Shown here: piece after piece, positions 12,636 to 24,647 of the stretch
Numbering within the stretch: position 1 is the stretch's first letter
How the letters are laid out: each line of letters begins with the position of its first letter
Assembly (NCBI RefSeq): GCF_036971445.1
Contig: NC_091471.1
Coordinates: forward strand, 357,678,001-357,742,000
Direction of reading: 5' to 3'
Source of the DNA: Narcine bancroftii
Lineage: Eukaryota
Length of the DNA: 64,000 bases
The notes under the pieces: model-generated
Database searches by the model: none
Told to the model about the DNA's origin: nothing
The model's input: only the letters and a program-made list of their open reading frames with translations
Position numbers and translations under genes: made by a program

Positions 12636-14141
12636 TTCAAGATATAAAGGTCATATATTTCAGTGAGAATCATCTCAGCCTCACCAATCTCTCCTAATAA
12701 TTGCAACCCCTCTATTCAGGCAATATCCTACAAATCTATTCTGAACTCATTCTCTATTGTTACCATATCCTTCCTATGAAATGTGACCAGAACTGTACTC
12801 AATGTATGGGAAAGGTTTAGGAGGATGGTCAACATGGAAGAGTTGTGTCGAAGGGCTTATTTCCCTGCTCTTCAACTCTAGGAATGTTCATTTCAAGTTG
12901 AATTCTTCCAGAACAAGACCTTTTAAACCTCTAGCAATAAGCTATGTGAAAGGGAGGCGACCATCATTTTTCCTCTCCCAATATGTTGAAGGTCAAAAAA
13001 ATGAGGCTTAAAATTGCTGGGGCTCCCAACTGTCCAATGTGAACAACACAATCATGGATAATTTTCTGATGTAACTGGGTGTGTTTCTTTTAAAGAAAAC
13101 CAAGTCATTTGTGTGTCAGAACAAGATGATTAAACTAACATTATCTGGTTGGTGTAGGTTCCTGTCTGGTGACTAATGCTTAACACCAGATGAATGATTA
13201 TGTTCATTTTAAAAAAGGATTTAAATTTATCTGGATTACAACCAGGAAACCGTGATAACTGCTATTTGAAAACAGCAGCAAAACTGATAATGTTCCTTGT
13301 ACAAGTAATCATTACATAATCTGGAGTTTTCACAAAAAGAGCTCAACGCTCAAAGAGCTTGTAACCCAAGCTCACTGTGTTTGAAGAGGAACTTTGCCAC
13401 CACTTGGTGAAGTTGCATGAAGCAACTTGTGATGATGACAGGAAATGGCAGACCAGAGCACTCAACCTACTTAAGCAACTGAAAAGATAATTGTGTCATT
13501 TTAAAGAATATCTTAGTGGATAGTAAATCCTTATGATGGGAAATATTTATGTAGTTACACATATAGTTTAACAAATGGGTGCATTAGGCTGGCTTTAATT
13601 CTATCTGTGTCACCTAGACCTTAATTTTTTAGCATGTTTTGTTTCATTGTGAAAAATCGTTAGATTCCAAAACCACTTCCTGGTCCCTCACGTATGCATT
13701 CCTGCTAAGTACCTCATATTCACAGAATCTATCATCAATGTTTTAACTGTGTGCCAATTGCAATAGCAAGGTGTTTTCCGCAAACATTTTGTTTCATAAG
13801 GTCATGGAACTTAGAAAACTAAGTTTTCTGAACTCTAATCTCACTTACCAAAATTTGTTAATTTTCTGGATTCCCTCACAAGAAAGAATAAATGGCGATT
13901 TTTTTTTTGCTGCATTCAAATGATATTCAAGAAGCAAATAATTTAGGCAAAATCTGTAGACAAACTTTAGCACGACTGTTTTAATCTGATATAATTCCTT
14001 GTATTTTACTTTTTAAATGTCCATTTATTTAGTAGTTCATTTTATTTGAAAGGCTAACAGCATTTTTAAAATTAGATGTTATTTGTTTTCTGGTCTAAAA
14101 CTCTTTTTAAGCAGACTCTACACTGGAGAGAAAGCAATACA

Positions 14142-14357
14142 CAGTAAAATCCCTGTTATCCAAAATTCTAGTGACCGACAGTCTCAAGCAACCAGCCAAA
14201 AAATAATCAAGGAAAATAAATCGGTAAAAAATACAAAATTGGCGCCCCCCTCGCAGTTAGTTCGCCAATCAAACCACACGCAGTCTAAAGCAACCAGAAA
14301 ATTCACTTGTCTGGCATCTACCAATCCCATAGGTGCAGGATACCAGGGGTTTTACTG
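14142..14357. mobile_element. Tigger/pogo-like MITE
   Basis: TIRs cagtaaaatccctgttatcc / ggataccaggggttttactg; shares both ends with 35226-35871; TA TSD degraded. Confidence 0.7.
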
Positions 14358-14686
14358 AATTAACTAAAAAAAACACAACGTTTCCACAAACATGACCTTA
14401 TGAAAGTCAGTTTGGGTTAAAGTTTGGAGTACTTAGTTAAGGACATCAAAACCTTCTTCAGAAGAGACAACTGTACTTGACCAAGTATTCTGAAAAAGTC
14501 TGTAACAAAATAGATGGGGAAAAAGTACTGAAGGTGATAATATGTGGATTTTGGAAAATCATTAAAGAATATTCAGAGAAACAAAATAAGAAAGATACCT
14601 AAGTGGTTTCAAAATGGGTTAAACAGTCAAAATGTACTAGAAAATTAGTCTTTTTTTTAAAGAATGGATGCAGCAAATCTTGGGAT

Positions 14687-15102
14687 CAAGATCATATTAT
14701 ATGGCGAGCTCTCCACTGGCCACCGTGACAGAGGTGCACCAAAGAAAAGGTACAAGGACTGCCTAAAGAAATCTCTTGGTGCCTGCCACATTGACCACCG
14801 CCAGTGGGCTGATAACGCCTCAAACCATGCATCTTGGCGCCTCACAGTTTGGCGGGCAGCAGCCTCCTTTGAAGAAGACCGCAGAGCCCACCTCACTGAC
14901 AAAAGGCAAAGGAGGAAAAACCCAACACCCAACCCCAACCCACCAATTTTCCCTTGCAACTGCTGCAATCGTGTCTGCCTGTCCCGCATCGGACTGGTCA
15001 GCCACAAACGAACCTGCAGCTGACGTGGACTTTTTACCCCCTCCATAAATCTTCGCCCGCGAAGCCAAGCCAAAGAGAGAAGAGAGCAAAGAAAAGAGAA
15101 GA
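14687..15102 (+). mobile_element. RTE-clade LINE, 5'-truncated (subfamily A)
   Basis: Near-identical to the 3' end of 53904-55380; TSD ggatgcagcaaat at 14666-14678 and 15103-15115; A/G-rich tail. Confidence 0.95.
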
Positions 15103-15489
15103 GGATGCAGCAAATAGTACTCATTATATTTATCCGCACTGTTTGCAAGTTGGTTCAATGTCTATTCCTCCTTCTGCCATCAAATATGATCTTGAAAACA
15201 TCTTTAATCTTCATCAATTTCAGTTCCTGTAAATATCATATGAATGCAAAGTAACTGGCAACCATTTACCTTCCAGGTGTAGTAAGACACCATAGCCGAT
15301 GTCAAATTCAGTTTTTGCTTTCATGTGTCTGAAACATGTAAGCTCTAGTCCAATTATGATGGCAGCTGCCTGCCTTCCTTGGAAAAATGATTTGCAGATA
15401 TTGAATAATGGCAATATGGTAAAGAGATACTGGAACTCCTCAAAACTCCATGCAACTAGTCTGTCAAATCTTTTTAATAGAGTTCTAGA

Positions 15490-15790
15490 GATATGCATCG
15501 TGAAAGCAGGCCCCTCACTCAACTGTGTTAACTTAAGGAACCTGAGCAACTCCAAAGTCTGTGTTTGGCCAATATCCCTCAAAATCTTCCCTTTCCAAGT
15601 ACCAGTCCAAGTGTCCTTTAAATGTTGCCAATGTACATGCCTCAAAGTCCTTAGGCAGTTTGCTTAACATGCTCTGTTGGAGAAATATGGCCCTCAGGTC
15701 CCTTTTAAAGCTTTCCCCTCTCACCTTAATCCTCTGCTCTCTCGTTCTGGACTCCCCTGCTCCTTCTGGACAAAGCCTATGTTCCATTTT
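15490..15790 (-). mobile_element. CR1 LINE 3' end
   Basis: Minus-strand peptide GESRTREQRIKVRGESFKRDLR is a CR1 ORF2 C-terminal signature. Confidence 0.75.
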
Positions 15791-16699
15791 ATTTAGAACT
15801 CTTAATATTTATGTTGTCAAATATTTTAAAATGTCTTGTTTTGGAAGGAGCAGTCAGTGTGATCTCGATTCTTGGGATCTTGACTAACATTAAAATTACT
15901 GCACGTAATTTGCACATACTGAATTTTTTAATTTAAATTTTAATTTAACTGTTTGTTCTAAACAGTTTGCTTTTCATTGCACTAAATCTATAAATTTGAT
16001 GGCAAATAAGACCCCCCAGCCCACCATTTCAGCAGGGAAAATTAAGAAATTTGTGCTGCTGGCAGGGGCTGCCCTGGACAACCTTCTCAGCAGGGGAAGT
16101 GAGTAGCAGCAGCTCCGGAAAGCATGGTCTTGCACTGCTGGCTGCAGATTTATTTGAAGAAACATTGGGATTTCTATCATGAATTAATTTACTGTTATTC
16201 CTTTTATTCCTTCTCATCACCAATGGAAAATATGCAGCTGCTCCCAATGCAATTATATGGGTCTATGATGAGACTGCACAGACTCATACAACGAGATAAC
16301 TGGCCTTGGGCCCAGCAAGTGCGCAGCAACCATCCTGCACCCATTTATACGACTCTTCCCACATTCCGGTCAAAACCCTCACATTCTATCATTTAACAAA
16401 ACACCCTGAGGGCAAGTTATAGTAGCCAAATGAGGGTATAAATAAAAACGTGTAATGTGCATTTAAGAAGAGCTAAGATGAGCACTTAAAATCACCCAGA
16501 TATAGAAGAGCTGAAAGATGGGATTGGTACAAATGTTATGAGCTTGTCCACTGTTTGGCATTAACGGCTGGGTTGAATGTTTCCACAAAACCATTCACTT
16601 ACAAGCAAAATGTGGAAACACCAAACCAGCACCACAGATCACCATCAAACCCATGTTATTGAATTGTGGGGCAATAATTCAACTAGTTGCATCACATAT

Positions 16700-17140
16700 T
16701 AACCATGGAGGAAATGCAGCAAAAATCTACTAGACTGCTTTGAAGGATGAGAAAAACTTGAGGAGGCTGGGCCTATATACTCTGAATTTCAAAAAAGCAT
16801 TAGGACCCTTCACTGATAATGTTTTTGCAGGACTGGACAGGATAAATGCAGGAAGGCCATTTCCCTGGCTAGGTGTACCGTCTCAAAATTAGGGATGGGC
16901 CATTTCGGACCAAGTCAAGAAACATTTTTCGGAGGGGGTACACTTTTGGAATTCTCTATCTGAGCAAGAATGGTAGATTCAATCATAGAGTTCAGTCAAA
17001 TCAGAGATCAAATGGTTTCTGGATATTAGGGGAATCAACGAAAATAGGGACAATATCTTCAGGTAGAAGATAAGCTATGACCTTATGAATGACAAGAAGA
17101 TGACTTAAAGGAGGAAAATGAGTATTCCTGCTCTCAGTTC
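16700..17140 (+). mobile_element. Old CR1 3' fragment
   Basis: ttgaggaggctgggcctatatactctg, ggactggacaggataaatgcagg and ctcaaaattagggatgggccatttcggac are degraded CR1 3' motifs. Confidence 0.5.
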
Positions 17141-18894
17141 TTCTGTTTCGAAGACCAGGTTATTCTAGCTTAATTATGGGAATAAAAAGGACCTAATCAA
17201 CATTGTCATTGCTTGTGCAAGGTTATAATTTTATGGAAATCTCTGCACTCTGCAAACCCAGGCCTCGTGTAACTTTCTTCCATCATTAAATGTTCTGATA
17301 GATATTCCAAAAATCCCTATTTCTTTGATCAAGTTTTGGTCAGCTGCTTCAATACTGTATCATCTTTTCTGGCTCAGTCACAGCTTTTGCTTGCTGATTG
17401 CCTTGCAACTTTCTTTTGACTAAGGTCTGCAAGAAATCTAGAGACGGCAGACATCACAGATCTAATTTAAGAAAAAATAAGTTATACCAAGGGTATACCA
17501 GATAAAGACATTGGCCACATAGTTCTGAATAAATGATGGTGAGACACTTTCCCAAATAACACAGTAAGCAGCTAATTGTAGATGACATAAATATCTCCTC
17601 ACTATTTTATCGAGTATGAACTAAAAAACATGACCACTGAGTCTTCAAACTGGTCATCCTCTACTGAACCATAACATCAGTGTTGATTACAATCGAACAC
17701 CAGCAGATTACTTTCACTGCACCAATGGCTTGTCAAACATGTCTAAGGATTAAGGTCAATTCTGTACTTGAAGCAGCAGGACATTGTTATAACATTCAGA
17801 AACAAAGTCAACTATTTACTCTGTGCCAGTTCCTTTTTAGCAATCGATAAAATCTTAGATTATGAGAGAGAGAATTATTTCCACACATTTTTGCAGAATG
17901 TAAAATTTTCACTTTAAGTTATACATTACAGGAACTGATCAAACGATCTTTCGTGGTAGCTACCACGCAGATTAACAGAATAGAAAGAATGTGTACAATC
18001 CCTTACCATAGCTTGAAGCAGGGCTGCAATTTCTTTTCATTATCTCATCTCACTTAAACAAATATTATTGCTGTGTTTCACTTTGAGGTTAAAAGAAATC
18101 CCATTTATTATGATTCGAAGAATTAAACTGCACTATAAATGTATGAAGATTACTGCAGAGTTTTAAATTGTACTCCGTTCCCCACTTCTCTTCACTATAA
18201 CTCATGTACAGTATGATTTTATTAAGGATCTTGAAGAGGAGAATTTTCTTTCATTAAAATAACATTGCCATTATGTCAATGGTATATTTCCTCCTCAAGT
18301 TTGAGACATCATTTTGTACAGATACCTGGAACTGTTCAAACGAAAGTTGCTTTGACCATCAAATAGATGAGTCTAGAATTCATGGTGGTCTGCAATTATT
18401 GAAGTTTGTTGCTGGATTCAGCCATTAATTGATAGCCATGCCACTTTCCCCAAAGGAGCCAGAAGTCGAGGAGGAAGCTCATTTTGTCTCACAACTCATG
18501 TGATATTGGGCCTGGGGGCCTCACAAATTGTACCAATGAGTAGCCCAGGTTGCTTGCTGGCAGAGAAAATTTCAATTCCAGCCCATCGCACCTGCTACTT
18601 GGAATGTTTGAGAACTCCCGCATGTAGCAGATAGTCTGTTTCTGGACTTAAGTAGCAACATATGGTGTTGACAACTCTGGCATTGGAAGATCATTAGGGA
18701 ACAAAGCAGCAGTGATTTTCTGACCTGTCCCTCAAGGATACAAATCACATGCTGCATTTTAATTGCACTGATGTTCTGTCCTGGGGTTGAAACAAACATA
18801 TACTTGCTAATTTGGTCACATCCCTAAAGGTGCCATCTATATTGAGAATACAATGGTGTATTTGAAAGCAGCAGGCCAACACAATCATCTGTCG

Positions 18895-19186
18895 CAGTAT
18901 TTCTCAACCTGCGGTACACAGACCACCAGTGGTCCGTGAGTTTGGTCCATAGTAAAGGAATAAACAAGAATTGTGTGAAATAAGGTTGTAAATTTGATGA
19001 CAAAATAAAGACCAAAAAAAAAATGGTTTAAAAAATTCCCACCAAAACAAAAATTCTGCTAGAAGACAGGGAAGAGGCTTGAGTTTGCCAGTACCCCCTC
19101 CCCCCAATGGCAGCCCATGGGCTTATTATAGGTGGTCTGACGTAACGAAAGATGATCTGAAGTCTGAAAAGGTTGCAAACCCACTG
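18895..19186. mobile_element. hAT/Charlie-like non-autonomous element
   Basis: Termini cagtatttctcaacct / aggttgcaaacccactg resemble Charlie-type TIRs; 8-bp TSD not clearly retained. Confidence 0.6.
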
Positions 19187-21149
19187 ATTTTCAGAGTATT
19201 GATAGAGGGTTTTATTCACTGCCTAACATTTCATTTCAAAGACCATCCCATCGTCCACTCTGCAAGACAGCAATGGACTGGCTCAACTACAAATGCCTTT
19301 CAAGTGAATACAACAAAATTATACCATTTTATCAACTAGTATTAGCTTTGCACCACCTGCGATGGTCATCATTTCAGGTCAAGAGCATGCATTAGTCTTG
19401 ATGCAGTATCTTGATCTGAAATGGCGACCATCACTCTATCTCCACAAGGGCTGAGTTCATTCGAAGGTTTTTTTATGGTCCAACAGCTGTAATCTCTTGT
19501 GTTGGCATTAACTGCATTTCAATACATACTGGATGGCACTGGAACAATGCAAGATACGGTCCTGTTGCAGGCCAGCACCAGACAGTCACATTGTTCAGGC
19601 GGGACACTAAAAATAATATAATCTGAACTTCCCAAAACTCATTAAGTGGACCTCAGCAAGATATAGTTGTTGACCATGATATTACAGGTCAATAACATTA
19701 TATTCTTTGAAAATTAACTGCTGAAACTTTTGCCATTTTTCATACCAGATGATCAGTAGGATCTGATGTAGGTGATGTAATGGCTGGTTTTCTTTTCCAT
19801 TTCCTTGCAAATTCAGACAAAAAAAATAGTAAAGTATTAAAATTGTGATCAGCAAATTCTAACTAACAACACCCGTGAAACCATCACAACGGTACTTACT
19901 GGGAGCAAAACAAAATGCAGTTCTATATTGTCTACTATAGCAAATCATTGAGGATCTCGTGGTCGTTTAAACAAGTATACTGGCAACCAAACTGCCCAAC
20001 AGTTAGTTTCACTCAGACAGATGAGGTTTGAGAGGGTAGTGAAGGATTGAAAATGAGGCCAAAGGAGGGGCATCTGAAAATGTACATTGATGAAACAAAG
20101 GACCAGCATATTGAGATGTCTGAGAGAATGCTGGCAATTGGCACATTCCAGGCTGCTAGGGTACATGTTGATGGATTCAGCCTACTTAAGGGCCTTGTGG
20201 GAAAGGACCACAACCTAATTCTCTTCCAGTATGGGGAACTGAGGGGCTGAGACTGGAGGGGAAGTCCCTCAAAAAATGGAGGAAAGAATAACTACAAAGG
20301 GATACATTAGTTGCAACAGTGCTGCGTAGCAAATTGGAAGATTAATGTAACAATGTAGAGTAATAGAATGTATATTTGAATGTAACACTAAGGATGTGAA
20401 AAGACTGGATGGCTTTCCTTTATGAAGTTTTATTGTGAATAAAATTAATAAAAACAAGTTTTAGCAAAGAAATACTGAATTTAGATTTAAAATGCACTGA
20501 TTACATTGACAAATTAAGTGAAGGGTTGGGAGTCTCATGTGTAATCTAGATTATGAAACAGAATCTGTGATATTTTTGAATAAAATGCAGTGACTTAACT
20601 GGAAATTACTGTGGAATAAAACTTGGATAGGAACTCACAAAAACAGATATCTAATTAAACTGTCATTTTTGTTTCTCCTACATCACATAAAATTCCATAG
20701 TTATATAATGTACAGGTGCTACAATAATTTAAAAAAAAAACACATCAACTTCACCCCCAGCTCAGTATAATCACCCACACACACAAGTCCTAACACTACT
20801 TGGACTGTCTTTTCTCCAAATAAAATATGCTAAGAAGCTACAGAAGGTATTTTTGAAATATTTGCATTTTATTCTGAATGTATTTCCTTCCTTTAATTTG
20901 CCTACATTTTAGAATTTAAAAACAGCAATTACTAAATTTGAGTTTCCAACTTCTCGATGCAACATACAAACCAAGAGATTATTCACTGGTGTCCTGGAAA
21001 ATATTTCTCCCTCAATTAAAAAAATACTTAGCCACTTTCATATTTGTGGAAACAGGGTGTAAAGAAATTTGCTGTCAATTTACATTACAATTTAGGGACA
21101 ATATTTTGAAAAATGTTATTGGTTGCAGTAGAACCATAGCACCATATAA

Positions 21150-21290
21150 CATTAAAGGATAGAAATAGGTCTTTCAGCCCTTCTAGTCTGTGCCGAACTA
21201 TTTTTCTGCACTGCCTGCACAGCCTTCCATACCCCTTCCATCCACGTACCTGTCCAAATTCATCTAAAATGTTGAAATTGAGTCTGCATT
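21150..21290 (-). mobile_element. CR1 3' tail fragment
   Basis: aggatagaaataggtctttcagcccttctagtctgtgccgaac...ccatccacgtacctgtccaaa. Confidence 0.55.
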
Positions 21291-21344
21291 CAGAAGTGAA
21301 AGAGTATATGTACATATTTATATTTTAGAAATATTTATTTGGAG

Positions 21345-21840
21345 CAACAAAGCTAACAGGTTGCATCACAGTCTGGTAGGGGAACACCAATACTCCTGAG
21401 GTAGTGAACACAGCCAGGGCATTACAGGCAAAACCCTTCTCACTATTGAGTACATCTTTAGGGGGCACTGCTGAGGGAGGGCAGAAGCAATCATCAAACA
21501 CTCTCACCACCCAGCACATGCTTTGTTCTCGCTGCTGCCATCAGGAAAGAGGTATAGGTGCCACAAGATTCACACCAACAGGTTCAGGAACAGCTGCTAC
21601 CCCTCAGACTCCTCAACACAAAGTCAATCAGAGGTTCATTTAAGGACATGAGCATTTTATTGATTTTCTTTTGTTCTTTCGGTATTGCACAGTTTGTTTA
21701 CATTGTTTTCTGTTTACAGTTCTTTTATTTGTTTACATATTTGCACTGTGTACAGTTTATTTTTTGCACTACCAATTAGTGGTAATTCTACCGCATCTGC
21801 AGGAGAAAGGATATGTACTCCGACAATAAATCTGAAATCC
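21345..21840 (+). mobile_element. Rex1/Babar LINE 3' end
   Basis: ggttgcatcacagtctggta (GCITVW), caggaaagaggtatagg, caggttcaggaacagctgctacccc, ending aataaatctgaaatc. Confidence 0.75.
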
Positions 21841-23684
21841 AATGCAAATGGAATGGATACATTCTCATGTACTTCAGGGCCTCTCCCTCATCCATGCAGA
21901 TGACTGAACCATCATTTCTAGATTGTTCTGCACAGAATGGAACTTGTCAAACTTCAGAGAAAATAGGGATGCTTCACAAATATTGAAAAGCTAAAACTGA
22001 AAATGCTTGAAATTTGATCATAATAACTGACAACGTGAGACATACTCAGCAGGTCAGTCAACAGAAGTGGAGACAGAAACAGAATTTACATTTGAAGTCC
22101 ATGACCTTTCACAAAACTTTTTATCAGGTTATCTCAGTCTCTCACTCTCTCTCTCTCTCTCTTTTTCTCCTTAACCAACTGAATTTTTCAGATATTTTCT
22201 ATTTTTCTCCCACAGATACATTGTGCACAAATGAATAGTTGCTTGTCATTTAATTTACTCAAGAAAAACTATCTGACATTGTACATTAAATTGTCACTAT
22301 ATATTGTGGTTAATATTATCATTTTGATCCAAAGTTATTATTTTATACATTAATGCTCTAATGGTTAGTTCCAAATTCCCAACATTGTACAGTAAAATCT
22401 GGTATAACACCATCTGCAGGTCAACCAACATAATAAGAATTACAAAGATAAAGTTACAGCCACGTCCATTTTCAGTTTCTAAGAATGGGTGGGGGGGGGA
22501 CTGGCGGAAGAGAAGGGGGAGTAACAGGAAAAGCATCACAGGACATGCAGTTAACATCTATGTGTGTAAGGTATTATAAACTAAAGTTATATGTCAACAA
22601 TACTAACATCTTAATGTCCTTTTGCTTACTTCATGACTACAAGCTACGACATATACTAACATGGAGTAAACAGCTAGGTTAGACTTTACAAACTAATGTG
22701 AAAGGAAAAAGATTTCCTGTTATAACTTACCAACACCATCTTCAGTATTGAGAACCATTGTTCCAGACACTGTTCTTGATAAAATTAACTTGAAAACAAA
22801 AACTATTTCAATAAAACAGTTGAAGCTGAAACCTAAACTGACGAGGAAAGATCCAAGAATTCTCAGCACAGCCCAAGTAGTTGATAGCAGGTGGGGCTTA
22901 CTAGTACCTACTACTTGTAAGCCAATCAAATGTATCCATAGCACTTTGTGTAATTTAACAATCAACTATGCAACAGCCTCAAAACACCAATTGGCAGCCA
23001 GCTAGATCGCTATGAGGAGGCACTGAACTTCATTCTTATCAAACACCCTAGAGACAGGCACACCCTGATTATGCAGTTGAGCTGGTGCCTTTCCTGTCTG
23101 TTTAAGTAATATATGACTCAGTGACTTTGGCATTTTCAAGCCTGCACATGTGTTTGCTCAAAGACAACAGGAGAGCTGTTCCAAATATAATAGCAACTGA
23201 CACCAGGAACAGCAAATCCCAGCCACAGCATGTTAACTGATATATTTGAGATCGGCAACATTTCTATGTCATTACATTGAAGCTCACAGAGGAGGATTAA
23301 AATCTATTCTCCTTTTACAGCATTTTTAAAAACATTTTTTTATTTACATACAGACACTTTTTCTCTTGAATATATACAGTGTGATTTTCTCCCCCTTTTT
23401 CCCCCCTCCCTTCCCTCCCTCCCTCACCCCCTTTCCCATTTATTTGAAGTCCAATCTATAAGATACATTAAACCCTTTGAAGAAAAATTCACATGATATC
23501 TAGTTCTTTAACATGCAGAATTAAGAAACTGTTTTCTGTGTACTTCATTGAAATGTGACCTTGCTTTAGAAATAAAAATATTGAAGGGGCAGAGTTGGTA
23601 AGTTACCAGCCGCACTTTCTATTTTACACCAAAATTACTTGTTTAATCTTTGTTCTTTGCATCTCTCCTTCCTGACCATTCAGA

Positions 23685-23962
23685 TCCATGCCACAAGATT
23701 CATGCCACCAGGTTCATGAACAGCTGCTCCCCCTCCACCATCAGACTCCTCAGCAACAAACTCATTACTCGTGCACTTGATTGATTTTTTTTCTCTTTGA
23801 ATTGCACAGGTTATTTACATTTCTGTATTTAATTACACGTGTATGTTGTATAGTTTTTATTTGCACTACCAATAAGTGGTCATTCAGCCTCACCAGCAGG
23901 GAAAGTAATCTCAGGGTTGTTTGTAATGTCATGTCTGCATTCTGACAAAATAAATCTGAAAT
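23685..23962 (+). mobile_element. Rex1/Babar LINE 3' end
   Basis: Same tail as 21345-21840, ending aataaatctgaaatc. Confidence 0.7.
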
Positions 23963-24647
23963 CTTTCACCTCAGTACAGCTCCATTGCTCTCAACAGCTT
24001 CCCCAACCTCAATATATTCTGTGTGTTCAACATTAATATCCACCTCTATGGACACATGTGCATATATCTGCTTTAACAGCAATTCTAAATTACAGTGTGA
24101 GAGCAGCTTGTTGTTATACTGAACTCTTTCAGCTCAATGTCACATCACGAATGATCCCAGATTTCTGAGCTTGGGTGAGAACGTTGGTGGTCTCTTGCCT
24201 TCCATCGATGCTGCCTGACCCACTGAGTTCCTCCAGCACTTTGTGTACTGCTCCAGCTTTACACTATCCACAATCTTTCTTGCCAGCCCTGAGTTCTGCC
24301 GTTTCTGTTTCTTTTGTTGTTAAAGCGCTGTACAATAAGGGCTTCGTTACCACTGCAAAGGCCCACTCTATCGACAAATCTACTTCCACGAGTCACGAGC
24401 CAAGGAATCATAATTCGCAATATATGTAAACAACAGGAAATATCGACAAGAATTCTGAAACTTTTCTTCTGCAACGTTCACAAGCTTGGAGCAATTTCTT
24501 CACGTGATTTTTGTGAAACAATGCGAATGGCTTTCGTGACAGAAGCTAAAGGAAGAGAGATGGACATTGTGTGGTTCTCCACCCATTCTAATCTCTTCCC
24601 AAAGAACCACCCTTGCACCTGATCAAGATTTCAACACGAATTAACTT

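Noticed and set aside
15279-15338. Minus-strand AG...GT segment reading HMKAKTEFDIGYGVLLHLE
   Set aside because: Weak pyrimidine tract, unrecognised peptide, no partner exons; the surrounding 141-aa ORF begins in a CR1 tail.
16033-16098. 66-nt plus-strand exon-like segment (AGKIKKFVLLAGAALDNLLSRG) with a gtgagt donor
   Set aside because: Splice-like ends of this quality are expected by chance in 64 kb; peptide not recognised.
17952-17967. Perfect 16-bp palindrome cgtggtagctaccacg
   Set aside because: About one such palindrome is expected by chance in a window this size (64000/4^8).
19899-20073. Minus-strand segment between cattttcag and gtaagt
   Set aside because: Stop codons in all three frames.
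22731-22788. Minus-strand exon-like segment LILSRTVSGTMVLNTEDGV with gtaagt donor
   Set aside because: AAG acceptor, unrecognised peptide, no supporting exons.
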